NCBI GenBank assembly: GCA_951406725.2
Contig: OX597816.1
Location: 45,322,001 to 45,386,000 of the forward strand
Length of the DNA stretch: 64,000 bases
Direction of reading: 5' to 3'
Source: Octopus vulgaris
Lineage: Eukaryota
The translations under genes were made by a program, and so were the position numbers. The notes below the pieces were generated by a model that was not told where the DNA came from, made no database searches, and worked only from the letters and a program-made list of their open reading frames with translations. Of this stretch, positions 1 to 12,808 are shown piece after piece; the stretch's first letter is position 1; each line of letters begins with the position of its first letter.

Positions 1-857
1 AATAGTGGCTCTCTTATCACTACTTTGGGAAGTTTAGTGAAGTCTATGCTTTGCTGAGGAGATCTAATAATACTGAAATATGTTCAGAGTTGTCTTTTAT
101 ATTTGGCCAAAATAGTTAAAATGATATTAATCTCCAATACATAATTATTTATAAGTACTTAATTATCACTATACTAAAAGTGGTAGCACAAACTTAAACA
201 CATGTTAAGTCTGTGTTAGTATATTTAATGCATAGAGAATTAAAATGCTGACTAGAAATAATTATTCAATGGCTGGAATGGGAGACAACTTCAGACATTT
301 CAGTCTTATAATGACCTTATCAGCAAAACACAGACTTCATCATACTTTACCTTCTAAGTAATTTTAGTTTTTATTAACCACCCCTTATACGATTTTATAC
401 ATTTACTTAATGATTTTTTTATCATTTCTTTGATATGTAGTGACAAGTAGATGTTTTGCTAAAGAGATCATAATAAGAATGGAACAGTCATTGCCTATTC
501 ATTTTTTTTCTCACCACATAATTGTTTTTAGTTAGCTATTTAATTCATTATTCTTCACAATTTCATCACACTTTATACTTATTAACAAAAATGTATTTAG
601 TGATCAAATTATTTAAAGTGGCTATATGATGAATGATAATAATGATAATAATTAAGTTAGTGTTAACATATTTAATACGAAATAACTAAGCAGTGTAAAA
701 AACTTTACTTAATGGTTAATATCATTTTTACTTTTTCAGCTAACATGAGAGGCAATTCTAAACAGGTTTTCATCTTATTCAGACCTTGTCAGCAAAGGAC
801 AATCTTCACCATACTAGTCAATGTAGTGATAAAAGAATTAGTAAATGTGTCAATCAT

Positions 858-1372
858 GACCTTCGAATGTTGGGCCTCACAGAGGCAATGACGAAAGACC
901 AAGACCTCTGGAGATATGCTGTGACTGCGAAGACACGACAACTGAAGTGAGTTCATGGCTTGCAGGACGGCCTGCTGTGCTTGAGGAGACCTATTGAGTC
1001 AAGTACATCAACATCAAAATAAAAATCAAATGGAAATTGTAGTTGTGACACCCATGCCTGTGGCATGTAAAAAATACCATCTGAACGTGGCCAATGCCAG
1101 CGCCGCCTAGACTGGCATCCATGCCAGTGGCACGTAAAGAGCACCAAGCGATCATGAATGTTGCCAGCCTCCTCTGGCCCCTGTGCCGGTGGCACATAAA
1201 AAGCACCCACTACACTCACAGAGTGGTTGGCATTAGGAAGGGCATCCAACTATAGAAACACTGCCAGATCAGACTGGAGCCTGGCGCAGCCTACTGGTTT
1301 CCCAGACCCCAGTCGAACCGTCCAACCCATCTTAGCATGGAAAACGGATGTTAAACAATGATGATGATGATG
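858..1372 (+). mobile_element. 5'-truncated RTE-type LINE (ORF C-terminus, 3'UTR, (GAT)n tail)
   Basis: 858-950 encodes DLRMLGLTEAMTKDQDLWRYAVTAKTRQLK*. The 3'UTR is shared with about 20 copies in the window and is linked to RT fragments at 26.7-28.3 kb. Confidence 0.8.
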
Positions 1373-1516
1373 GTATTGTATATTTGTTATAGTAAATAAT
1401 AAATAGAATCCTTTAGAAGTTAAGTAATACAAATACACCATCCACATAAAAGACAATGGGTACGTTAGTGTTAGCATCGTACAGAACATACACATACATA
1501 TACATAGATACATATA

Positions 1517-1945
1517 TCATCATCATCATCATCATCACTTACCATCCATTTTTCCATGCTGGCATGGGTTGGATGGTTTGACAGGACCTGGACAGCTGAA
1601 GAGCTGTCCGAGTTCCATGTCTGTTCTGGCACGGTTTATATGGCTGGATGCACTTCCTAATACCAACCACTTAACAGAGTGTACTGGGTGCTTTTACACA
1701 GCATTGGCATGGGTGCGTTTATGTGGCACCAGCACAGGTGCTTTTTATGTGGCACCTGCACCCACAAGCCTGCAAGGTTAGGATTGCTCAGCTGAAGCAA
1801 GACATAGGGGATATGCCTATATGCAAGGACAACCACAATTTTACTTAGCTTAACATGTCTTTTCAAGCACAGCAAATCACCAGAGGACTTGGTCCCTTGT
1901 CATCCCCTCCGTGAGGTCCAGTGTCTGAAGATCCTTTCACCAATG
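1517..1945 (-). mobile_element. RTE-type LINE 3' end, inverted relative to 858-1372
   Basis: Starts with (CAT)n, followed by ccatgctggcatgggttggatgg...ggatgcacttcctaat, a diverged copy of the same tail. Confidence 0.75.
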
Positions 1946-2227
1946 TCTGAAGATCCTTTCTATATACACACATACGTATACATGCATACAAGCATATATA
2001 TGTATATACACACAAACACACACACACACATACAATGTGACAAGTATAAAGGGATAAATTATCCAAGTGGGTACCATAAGGGCGCTCAAATACAGTCCAG
2101 GTCATGGCTAACCACATCAAGTAGTAAGAAGCACTGAGGATTACTTAGGATAAGCAATCTCACTGTAATTCTTCTGATGGGTAAAATCAGGTTCACATAT
2201 TTTTGGGAGTGTAAATCCAAACACACT

Positions 2228-2408
2228 TACAAAGAATATGGAGACTAGTAAATCTTCCATTTTTGCTTTTAATTTGACAGTTAATTATATAGCTTATTAA
2301 GTTAGCAGTTAATTATACAGCACATTTAGTTGACTAACAAAATATGCTGTATAATTAGCTGTTAAATTAAAAGAAAAATTTGAGACATCAATCTCCGTAT
2401 TCTTTATA
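2228..2408. repeat. AT-rich fold-back (MITE-like) palindrome
   Basis: aaagaatatggagac...ttttaatttgacagttaattata pairs with tataattagctgttaaattaaaag...tctccgtattcttt. Confidence 0.55.
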
Positions 2409-2442
2409 ATTGTTTCATGTGTATGTGTGTGTGTAAAGGAAC

Positions 2443-2624
2443 AGGCATGGCTGTGTGGTAAGAAGCCTGCTTACCGACCGCATGGCACTGGGCTCAGTTC
2501 CACTGCATGACACCATAAGCAAATGTCTTCTACTATAGCCGCCTCGGGCCTACCAAAGCCTTGTGAGTGGATTTGATAGACTGAAACTGAAAGAAGCCTA
2601 TCATATATATATCTATATATTTAC

Positions 2625-2656
<32 letters not shown>

Positions 2657-2908
2657 TTGTGCATGTATGTATGTATGTATCTATGTGTGTGTGTGTGTCT
2701 TTTTGTCTGTGCTTGTCTCCCCATCACTGCTCGACAACCAGTGTTAATGTGTTTACATCCCCTGTAACTTAGCAGTTCAGCAAAAGAGACTGGTAGAATA
2801 AGTATTAGGCTTAAAAAATAAGTCCTGGGGTAAATTTCTTCAACTAAAACCCTTCAAGATGGTGCTCCAGCATAGCAACAGTCAAATGACTGAAACAAGT
2901 AAAAGGAC
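2443..2908 (+). mobile_element. tRNA-derived SINE family B (CORE-like body, internal TA/TG microsatellite)
   Basis: A/B-box-like head tggctgtgtggt...gggctcagttcc, body and tail ...gtcaaatgactgaaacaagtaaaag. More than 20 copies or fragments in the window. Confidence 0.8.
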
Positions 2909-2939
2909 GGACAGACAGACAGATAGATAGAGAGATGTA

Positions 2940-3260
2940 TTTTTTACTTGTTTCAGTCATTTGAATGCAGCCATGCTGGAGCACCAACTTTAGTCAAACA
3001 AATTGACTCCAGGACTTATTCATTGTAAGCCTAGCACTTATTCTATCGGACTATTTTTACCGAACCGCTAAGTTACAGGGATGTAAACACATCAACATCA
3101 GCTGTCAAGCGATGGGAGAGGATAAACACAGACACACACACACATAACGATGGGCTTCTTTCAGTTTCCATCTACTAAATCCACTCATAAGGCTCTCATC
3201 AGCCCAAAGCTATAATAAAAGACACTTGTCCAAGGTGCCAGTTTCTTACCACACAGCCAT
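2940..3260 (-). mobile_element. SINE family B, inverted copy adjacent to 2443-2908
   Basis: Reverse complement of the family-B tail and body, with an internal deletion in the head. Confidence 0.8.
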
Positions 3261-3694
3261 ATATATATATATATATATGGCTGTGTGGTAAGAAACTTGC
3301 TTCTCAACCACATGGTACTGGGTTCGGTCCCACTGTGTAGCACCTTGGATAAGTGACTTTTATATAAAACAGAGCTAATTGTGAGAGATTATCAATCTGG
3401 GCAAACTACTTCGTAAGCACTCTGTTGGCACACCAGGCTAACAGGATTGTTTAGATTAGTGAAGGACTCGAAGTATTCCTATGGTAGGGTTCAAAGATAT
3501 TGTTCATTACAATTCTATATTGTAAACCAATGGCTAGGCTCCAGACAAACAGTTTATTTTTCACATAAATATGTTACTAATAGGTTTATTCATTTGGTCT
3601 ATTGATCAACTGATCTATAGTCTAGCTGAATAAACCTATCAGAAATGTACCTGTAATGACTACTGGAAACAGCTGTAAGCCAAATATATTCTAA

Positions 3695-4086
3695 CTAGCA
3701 GTATCGCCCGGTGTTGCTCGGGTTTGTAAGGGAAATAATTATATAAGCATTTTTAGAGATGTAAAGTATAATAGCCATCTCAATATGGCTAACCACAAAG
3801 GGGGAGGGGTGTTACTGTAGCTTTTTACGTTCTGAGATTTAATAATAAATTTTAGAGAGTTACTTCCCTTATATATGTCAAAAATGGATTAAAAATGGGA
3901 AAAATTGATGGTAAATTTTTTTTTAAATCGTAGACTCATCGTAGACGCGCGCTAATACCCAGACGGTCTCGATATGAATCACGACTATAAGATACCCGGT
4001 TTTGGTTAAACTGCACCACAAAATGTGGGAGTAGTTAGGAATCTAAATCGTAGGAGACAGACACACAACCTCACTTTTATATATAA
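3695..4086 (-). mobile_element. Non-autonomous Helitron-like element
   Basis: On the minus strand it ends with a GC hairpin (cccgagcaacaccggg) followed by CTAG. The other end is acagacacac...ttttatatata, a layout typical of Lep1-like Helitron derivatives. Confidence 0.6.
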
Positions 4087-4089
4087 TCG

Positions 4090-4429
4090 AATTGAACCAG
4101 CCAGGATCCCTGGTCTGGTGGTACGTAAAAAGCACTATCCGACTCGTGGCCGATGCCAGCACCGCCTCGACTGGCTTCCGTGCCGGTGGCACATAAAATA
4201 CACCAATCTGACCGTGGCCGTTGCCAGCCCCGCCTGGCACCTGTGCAGGTGGCACGTAAAAAGCACCCACTACACTCACGGAGTGGTTGGCGTTAGGAAG
4301 GGCATCCAGCTGTAGAAACATTGCCAGATTAGACTGGAGCCTAGTGCAGCCTTCTGGCTTCCCAGAACCCCGGTCGAACCGTCCAACCCATGCTAGCATG
4401 GAGAACGGACGTTAAACGATGATGATGAT
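4090..4429 (+). mobile_element. RTE-type LINE 3'UTR copy
   Basis: ggtggcacgtaaaaagcacccactacac...gttaaacgatgatgatg. Confidence 0.8.
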
Positions 4430-4491
4430 TTCCTCTATTTACATAATATTGAGGTCTCTTTCTTTCTTTTGTTATCTTACTGTTTTTACCA

Positions 4492-4522
<31 letters not shown>

Positions 4523-4533
4523 AATATATATAT

Positions 4534-4858
4534 AGTTACAGAGATGTACTTGCATAGCAAGTGACTTGATCTGAGATCGTGTGCTGGAACGAAAACAGTT
4601 GCAGCGTTGAAGGTGTTTATAAGCCATTTAAGAAACACACAAAAACCGTTAGATTCACTTCAACATTTAAATTTAATTTGTCAAAATATTTTCGTCGCTT
4701 TGAGACCGCGACCTGTTAGCACGATATTTTTGTCAGTGAACAGGTCGCGGTCTGAAAGCGACGAAAATATTTTGGCAAATTAAATTTAAATGTTGAAGTG
4801 AATGTAACGGTTTTTGTATGTTTCTTAAATGGCTTACAAACACCTTCCACGCTGCAAT
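4534..4858. mobile_element. Fold-back Penelope-like short element in (TA)n
   Basis: Inverted arms of about 120 bp plus a unique extension. Homologous to 42376-42710 and 57561-57810, and carries a hammerhead-like motif. Confidence 0.6.
4729..4779 (+). ncRNA. Minimal hammerhead-like motif, G3-C8 variant (second copy)
   Basis: TTTGTCA-GTGAACA-G-GTCGC-ggtctgaaa-GCGAC-GAAAA-TA-TTT-TGGCAAA. The loop differs from the 42.5 kb copy but the stems are kept, with one G-U pair. Confidence 0.55.
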
Positions 4859-4875
4859 ATATATATACACACATA

Positions 4876-4906
<31 letters not shown>

Positions 4907-5206
4907 GTGTATATGTGTATGCATGTATGTGTGTGTGTGTGCGTGTCTGTGCTTGTCCTCCACCACTGCTTGACAACGAATGTTGGTTTGTTTACATCCC
5001 TGTCACCTAGTGGTTTGACAAAGGAAACAGATAGAATAAGTACAATGCTTACAAAAATAAAACTGGAGTTGATTCATTAAACTACAATTCTTCAAGGCAT
5101 TGCCCCAGCATGGCCACAGACCAATGGCTGGAAAAAGCAGAAGAATAAAAGAATACATTCTCTGCTTTGGTCTTATGTTCAAGGCATGAGACAGCTTGAG
5201 TTTACA

Positions 5207-5486
5207 TGAGAAGGCCTAACAGACCTGGTAGAAACAGCAGCCAAATCTCCCTCAAATCACACCTTACTGTCTTATGTATGTATATATATATGAGCCAATG
5301 AGGGGGACCTCTACATGGTAGCTAGACCTGGTAGAAATAGCAGCCAAATTTCCCCCAAATCACACCTTACTGTCTTATCTATGTATATATGTATGTATGA
5401 GCCTATGAGGGAGACCCCTACATGGCAGCTAGACATGGTAGAAATAGCAGCCAAATCTCCCTCAAATCACACCTTACTGTCTTATC
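5207..5486 (+). repeat. Three tandem ~100-bp units of a dispersed repeat
   Basis: ctggtagaaatagcagccaaatctccctcaaatcacaccttactgtctta occurs three times. Diverged single copies lie near 17.0, 49.35, 53.05 and 63.85 kb. Confidence 0.7.
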
Positions 5487-5591
5487 TTTCTGCTACTTGG
5501 ATATAGGTGTTATATTCGTCGTAAAAAACTTTCCTGTCACACACTCACGCACACGCACACACACACACACGCACCCTCACACACACACACA

Positions 5592-5632
<41 letters not shown>

Positions 5633-6014
5633 GTTAGCTTACAATTTTATTTATATATTTGCGTGTCTATGTGTGGAAAGAGGAAGTGGGAGGCAGAGTG
5701 AAAGAATCACTCACTACAGTAAGTGAATTACTTTCATTTTATTCGTTGCCCACTGTGTGTGTGCGTTTGCGTGTGGTGTAAACCAGACTAAGAAAAGCAT
5801 TTGACACACACACCAGAATGTGAGTTTTCTGTAAATTTTGCTTAATTGGAGTTTAAATTTTAAAAACTGGACCTGGCATGACGCGATGCATTGTACTCTT
5901 AAAAATGCTAGGTAAATTGTAATTGAAGAAATCCTATATTGTAGATTTGTATAACTCCCAAAGGGAGGCAGATAAAATCTGCCTTTTATAATAAGAGATA
6001 AAGGAAAATATATA

Positions 6015-6536
6015 CTGTAAATCCTCGAGTATAATCCACATTTTTTTCCCAAAATCTAAAGGTCAAAATCCCTAGTGTGTACTATATACGAGGTTAAAAA
6101 TGAAAAATATATTCTAAGCAATGTCCGAGTCTCTATTTGCTGTCCGGCAATATTTATTCAAACGCATTTTCTGATGTTGGGTGCAAAAATACCTTAAGCT
6201 AAACCTGAAAGCAATGAAGTCATAAAAGAATCATCCATAACTTGCAGTAAGCAACAGTTATTAAAATAAAAGTATTAAGAACACAGAATAACATGAAACA
6301 AAAACAATTTACAAACATATTTACATTCCCATATAACAGTTAAGAACATCACCATTATTGTATTATGCATGCACAGAAGTGTTTGTTCGACTAGGTGCTG
6401 CTGGCTTAATTATGCACTACTCAAGTTAGAGAAGGGGTGCGTATTATACACAAGGTTTAGGTTTTTCAGAGGTACAGCTCCCTAAAAATCCCCTGCGTAT
6501 TATACTCAAGGGCCGACTATACTCGAGGATTTACGG
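6015..6536. mobile_element. Tc1/mariner (Tc2/pogo-like) non-autonomous element
   Basis: TIRs ctgtaaatcctcgagtata / tatactcgaggatttacgg, with TA on the left. Homologous to 35631-36419. Confidence 0.8.
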
Positions 6537-6825
6537 CAATGACCATTATTTATACTTTCTCTTATATACATATATCATCGTCATCATCATTTAACATCTG
6601 CTTTTCATGCTGGCATGGGTTGGATGATTTCACTGAAAACTTGTAAGCTGAGGAGCTGCACAAGGTTCCAACCTGATTTGACATGGTTTCTACAGCTGGA
6701 TACCCTTCCTAATGCCAACCACTCCAAAAATGTAGTGGGTGCTTTTTATGTGCCAGAGAAAGCTACACACACACACACATATGAAGGTTTTCTGCAGTTT
6801 TAGTCTCCCAAATTCCACATCGTAG

Positions 6826-7009
6826 GGCGTAGGAGTGGCTGTGTGGTAAGTAGCTTGCTTACCAACTACATGGTTCCAGGTTCAGTCCCACTGCATGGCA
6901 CCTAGGGAGAGTGTCTTCTACTATAGCCTTGAGCCGACCAAAGCCTTGTGAGTGGATTTGGTCGACAGAAACTGAAACACACCCCTCGTATATATGTATG
7001 TATATATAC

Positions 7010-7074
<65 letters not shown>

Positions 7075-7302
7075 TGTGTGTGTGTGTATGTTTGTGTACC
7101 TGTGTTTGTCTCCCCAACATCACTTGACAACCGATGCTGGTGTGTTTACGTCCCCATAACTTAGCGGTTCAGCAAAAGAGACCGATAGAATAAGTACTAG
7201 GCTTTAAGTCCAGGGGTCGATTTGCTCGACTAAAGGCGGTGCTCCAGCATGGCCACAGTCAAATGACTGAAACAAGTTAAAGAGTGAAAAAGAGTAAAAG
7301 AG
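6826..7302 (+). mobile_element. SINE family B, full length
   Basis: ggcgtaggagtggctgtgtggtaag...ggttcagtccc...(TA)(TG)n...aagagtaaaagag. Confidence 0.85.
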
Positions 7303-7540
7303 TATCCAAGATGGTGGAAGAAGACACTTGCCCATGGTGGGGTACAATGGGAGTAAAGTGAAATGTTGTATCTGCAAACCAAATTTCTTTAACACACAAC
7401 CATTAGATGAATTGTAAAGAAGCAAATAACAATAATATGAGTGTATCATTATTGATTCCACTATATATGTCTACTCCACCCAAGTCAAAGAATTTCAAGA
7501 AGCCAAGAACTGAAAGAGATAATATGTAAAAGAATAATAC

Positions 7541-7583
7541 CTGTCCGTATGCAAATATAGTTCCATTATATCCAGCAAGGACA
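7541..7583 (-). CDS. KIF6: KIF6-like exon 4: (S)VLAGYNGTIFAYGQ (first half of the P-loop)
   Basis: ttttctag acceptor and CAG|gtatta donor, 43 nt, phase 2 to 0. GYNGTIFAYGQ is the kinesin signature. The TGSGKT exon was not found in 1-7540. Confidence 0.93.
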
Positions 7584-9258
7584 CTAGAAAAAGACAAAAT
7601 TGTAAATAAAAATTTAAAAAAAAAAAAAAGGAGACAAGAATATTAATAAGTTGATAAATTTTAAACAAAGAGAAAAGGGTAAAACATGGTAGAGAGACAT
7701 GCTAAAGTATTTTTCTGGTGCTGAAGAGGAAGCTCATTCTTTGTGCAGTTTTGGCTGTGCTGAGGATGTTAGGCTGTTAATGTTGAAGATGGATACACAC
7801 ACACAAACACATATATATATACAAACACACATGCAAAGATATATACAAACATGCACATATAAATACAAATATACATACATATATATATATATACACAAAC
7901 ATATGCCTGGTGCAGCCTCCTGGCTTCCCAGACCCCAGCTGAACCGTCCAACCCATGCTAGCATGGAAAACAGACATTAAACGATGATGATATGATGTAT
8001 ATGCACATGCATATATATATATACACACATACATATATTTCTAAATGCACCTATATACATATATACATGAATACATATATATATATACACACACACACAC
8101 ACAATGTAACATATGTATGTATGTAGGTATGCATAGAGGCACTCACACCTACACAGAGATATATATATATACACGTTTGTACAAAAATAAATGTATATAA
8201 TACAACGTACACACATTCATATATACATACATGCATAAAGCATGGCAGAGTTACATAATGAGAAAGCACAGTGAAGTGAATAGTCAGATGCTGTGAGAGA
8301 AAATTTCATCAATCTATTAAATGCCAATCAAGTGCATGTTTAGAAAAACTATGGAAGAGTAAAAGTGACATACCAGACTAGCTTGTCATAGTGCAGAAAA
8401 ATAGTTAAGCCAAGAATGAAAACACTCTTATGGCAGAGAACATCGACATGTTGCATAACTTCATATTATATATAAGCTTCACACAGGCAGTTATTTTTTA
8501 AAGCAATTTTTCCAAGACCATTGTGTACCCAATGTGGTGCAGACAGATAAGTGGATTGGTGATAGAAGGAAATGTTAGGATGTGTTGAACATAATTTAAT
8601 TAAAAGAGTTATGTTGTCAGAACTAGAGAAGATAACCCCTGTAGAACCTTGTTGCAGAATGACTTGTTGCTAAAATTTTCCTGATTCTATTTCCCTACTT
8701 GCAGTTTCTGGAATGAGTGATTTGGAAAGTGCACCTGCAACCTCAGTTTCTGCTATTGAAGGATTGTGAAAAAGTATGCATACATCCTTAAAAGAGAATT
8801 TATAGAAGATTATTTCTAGCGATAGAATTCTTTATAAAAGGAATATTCCAAGGCTGTATGGTTAAGAAATTCTTTTCACAATCATGTGGTTTCGGGTTCA
8901 TTCTCATTGCTTGGCATTTTGGGCAAGTACCTTCTACTAGAGTCTTATTTCTTTACTGCCCACAAGGGGCTAAACAAGGACAGACAAAGGGATTAAGTCG
9001 ATTACATCGACCCCAGTAGCTTCTGAGCAGAAGGAAGGGCAACAATGTTCTATGGTTATCTCCTTAACATCTTGGAGATTTTAGGTAAAATTATACTAAT
9101 GTGTCCATCTGTTTTAATTTAATTAAATTCTATGTCTTTGTACAGCTGAGGATTGCTCTGCATTTAAACTGGTGTAATGGTTGCATTGTTCAATTAAATG
9201 GAGTTGTGTGAAACGATCGTACTGCATTACCTATGGATATCCTTGTTGCTTATTTTGA

Positions 9259-9286
9259 TTATACATATATATATATATATACATAC

Positions 9287-9327
<41 letters not shown>

Positions 9328-9831
9328 AGTATATATATATATATATAATATATAGACTATAGACACACCTATAGACATAGATATATTATTTATATAAATA
9401 CACATACACACATTAAACAATGTGAAACTGAAAGAAAAGAATGAAGAAGGGAGAGATAGGGAAAGCCTGGAACCAGAAAAAAAGAAAGCAAAAGAAAGAT
9501 AGCGTTGAGAAAAGAAATCTTCCTTGTGTCTCAGAACAAAACTGTCTCTGCAAGGCAGAAGTTCACTCCAAACCCATCCCAAACCAATTCCCACCTGCCC
9601 TCAATACACACACATTCAAAATATGTCAGGAATAAATCTTCTGAGGAAGACTAATAGTTTGAAAAATGTTGAAACGTATTTCTCAAAGCTGTCAATTCTC
9701 TCATTTATTTTGGCAGATATTTCAGACTGTTTTCTATCAGATTTGGTTTAAGTTTATTTTTTTTTCTTTTGTTGTTGATTTCTTGTGTGTGTGTGTGTGT
9801 GTTTTGTATATATATATTTATATGATATGTG

Positions 9832-9871
<40 letters not shown>

Positions 9872-9959
9872 TGATACATACAGACATATACGCATATATA
9901 GGTATATAGCATATATGTGCATAATATATGTATAAACATATAAATATATATGTATAAAC

Positions 9960-9990
<31 letters not shown>

Positions 9991-10196
9991 TATACGTATA
10001 TATGTGGATATCCCTCTGTATTTATGTATGACATACATATGTATATACATATATATACATGTATATACATATATATCTATATATACTTATATATGCATAC
10101 ATATATATATATATATATGTGTGTATGTATGTATGTATATATATAAGTACATATATATAAGCACATACATACATTCATATATATGTACATATATAT

Positions 10197-10233
<37 letters not shown>

Positions 10234-10257
10234 TACATACATATATATGCACATATC
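9259..10257. repeat. (TA)n/(CA)n/(TACA)n low-complexity blocks
   Basis: Direct reading. Unique sequence interrupts the blocks at about 9420-9780. Confidence 0.85.
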
Positions 10258-10554
10258 AAATAGCCGATTTTTTTTACTTGGATGCTGGAGTTTTCTTTAT
10301 GTATTTTATATCAACATTTTTCTGAACAGTAAGTGTTGTTGGTTACAGGTTTCCGGCAAGTCAATCACTGGTTCACCACTCTTATATATAAAAATAAGCA
10401 TGACAAGGAACTCAGTGGATGTAATTTGGGTGGAACAAATATCACATGAGATATTTCTGTTTGAAAACACCAGTTTTTCTTCTTTTTTTTTCTTTGTGGC
10501 GGGGAAGGGGAATGGAGTAATTCTGCTACTATATACATCAACAATACTCTGTCT

Positions 10555-10955
10555 CTTTACTCTTTTGCTTGTTTTAGTCATTTGACTGCAGCCATGCTGG
10601 AGCACCGCCTTGAGTCGAGCAAATCGACCCTGGGACTTATTCTTTGTAAGCCTAGTACTTATTCTATCAGTCTCTTTTGCCGAACTGCTAAGTTATGGGG
10701 ATGTAAACACACCAGCATTGGTTGTCAAGCGATGTTGAAGAGACAAACACAGACACACAAACATATACACACACATATATATACATATATACGATGGGCT
10801 TCTTTCAGTTTCCATCTAACAAATCCACTCACAAGGTTTTGGTCGGCCCGCGGCTATAGTAGAAGACACTTGCCCAAGGTTCCATGCAGTGGGACTGAAC
10901 CCAGAACCATGTGGTTGGTAAGCAAGCTATTTACCGCACAGCCACTCCTACGCCT
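10555..10955 (-). mobile_element. SINE family B, full length
   Basis: Reverse complement of the 6826-7302 consensus. Confidence 0.85.
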
Positions 10956-10970
10956 ACACACACAGACACA

Positions 10971-11520
10971 CATCATCATCATAATTATCACCATTGAACG
11001 CCCAATGTCCAAGCTGGCCTGGGTTGGACATTTTGACCAGAGCTGGGAAGCTGGGAAGCTGGAGAGCTGCACTAGGCTCCAGTCTGATTTGGCATGGTCC
11101 CTACATCTGGATAGCCCTCCTAATGCCAACCAGTTTACAGAGTGTGTTGCAATCTTGCACATGGCATTGCACAAGTGCTTATAAGTGACATTGGCATGAG
11201 TGTTTCTTACACGGCACTGGCACCAGAATCCTGCAGGTTAACCCCTTTCACTAGGGGCAGTGGCCTTAACACTTCTGCTGTGAAGTACAGGTCTTCATGA
11301 GCATAGTAAGGTGCCAGGCATCTTGGTTCTTTGTCATATCATCTGAAAGGTCCAATATCCTAAGGCCATGCTTCAGTACTTCATCCTACGTCTTCCTGGG
11401 TCTCCCACTTCCACAAGTTCCATCTACTTTGAGAGATTAGCACTTTTTTATGGAGCTGTCAGCATCCAGCCACATCACATGACCAAACCAATGCAGTCTT
11501 CTCTCTTGTATATTGCATTG
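10971..11520 (-). mobile_element. Diverged RTE LINE 3' fragment
   Basis: (CAT)n tail, 3'UTR motifs and a degenerate ORF end similar to 38000-38240. Confidence 0.6.
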
Positions 11521-11580
11521 GTCCTGAAAGGGTTGAAAGTCAGAGTATTTCCAATGCAGTGCTCAATCTAAGAATGAGGC

Positions 11581-11990
11581 TCTTTTACTTGTTTCAGTTA
11601 TTTGACTGTAGCCATGCTGGAGCATCGCCTTTAGTCAAGCAAATCGACTCCAGGACTTATTCTTTGTAAGCCTAGTACTTATTCTATCGGTCTCTTTTGC
11701 CAAACCACTAAGTTAAAGGGACGAAAACACTCCAGCATCAGTTGTCAAGCGATGTTGGGAGAACAAACACCAACACACATACATATATACAACGGGCTTC
11801 TTTCAGTTTCCATCTACCAAATCCACTCACAAGGCTTTGGTTGGGCTGAGGCTATAGTAGAAGACATTTGCCCAAGGTGCCACGCAGTGGGACTGAACCC
11901 GGAACCATGTGGTTCATAAGCAAGCTACTTTCCAAACAGCCACTCCTATGCCTATAGCTTCTTACCACATAGCCACTCCTATGCCTATCT
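11581..11990 (-). mobile_element. SINE family B
   Basis: Reverse complement of the family-B consensus, with the head end locally duplicated. Confidence 0.85.
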
Positions 11991-12164
11991 ATATTTTTGA
12001 ATTGAATGTGCAAGAAAGATCAAAATTTTGCTGGTGCAGAAGATCCAGGTGTCACACTTGTAAATCCAGTGTGTACTTTAAGCAATGAGTAAAATTATAA
12101 TCCTGATAGGAAGACAAAGAAAGAGTTTAGCTCATGTTCGATGACCAGTTACAATTGTTTCCTT

Positions 12165-12808
12165 GAGAAGACCAAAACAGCAACTATCAAAGATCAATCA
12201 ACAACCTACTGAGATGGGTGACAGATTCACCTATCTGAGTAGTGTCATGAGTAACAGTGGCAATATTCTAGCTAACATCAACCATGGAAATGGCAAGTCC
12301 ACAGCCATATTCCAGAGAATGTGCACTATCTGATCCTCCAACATTTGTTAGCTTACACACAAAGATCCAGTTCAATATTAGCATAGTTCTACCAACAGTT
12401 CTCTATGCTAGAGAGACATGGAGAAGCACCATGAAAATATGTAGAAAACTAGATGTTTTCCCATCAAAGATGCCACAGAAGGTATCTGAGAACATACTGG
12501 CAAAACCATGTAGCCAATGAAGATATTCTAAAGACAGCCAACACAAGATCACTTAGCAAATTCATCATGGAACGGAGATTGAAAGTAGTAGGTCATACAC
12601 TTTGGTGACAAGAAATGCTTTCAAATGGACACTACCAGAGGGAAAAAGAAAAGGTTAGCCCAAAAAGTACACAGTGCAGAATACTCACAACTAACATGAG
12701 AAAGGCTAATATCGCATGGGCGGATGGAGAGAAAACTGCAGCTCACAGAAGTGAGTGGCATCAACTTGCTATCCATTGTGCTTAGGGGAACAGGAGGAAC
12801 TGCTACTG
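12165..12808 (+). mobile_element. Degenerate RTE-clade LINE ORF C-terminal fragment (second family)
   Basis: Frameshifted DRFTYLSSV and IVLPTVLYARETW..TMKICRKLDVF motifs of the post-RT region. Confidence 0.75.

Noticed and set aside
1-7540. Search for KIF6 exon 5 (TGSGKT...)
   Set aside because: No matching minus-strand exon was seen by eye, so it is presumed to lie beyond the window's left edge.
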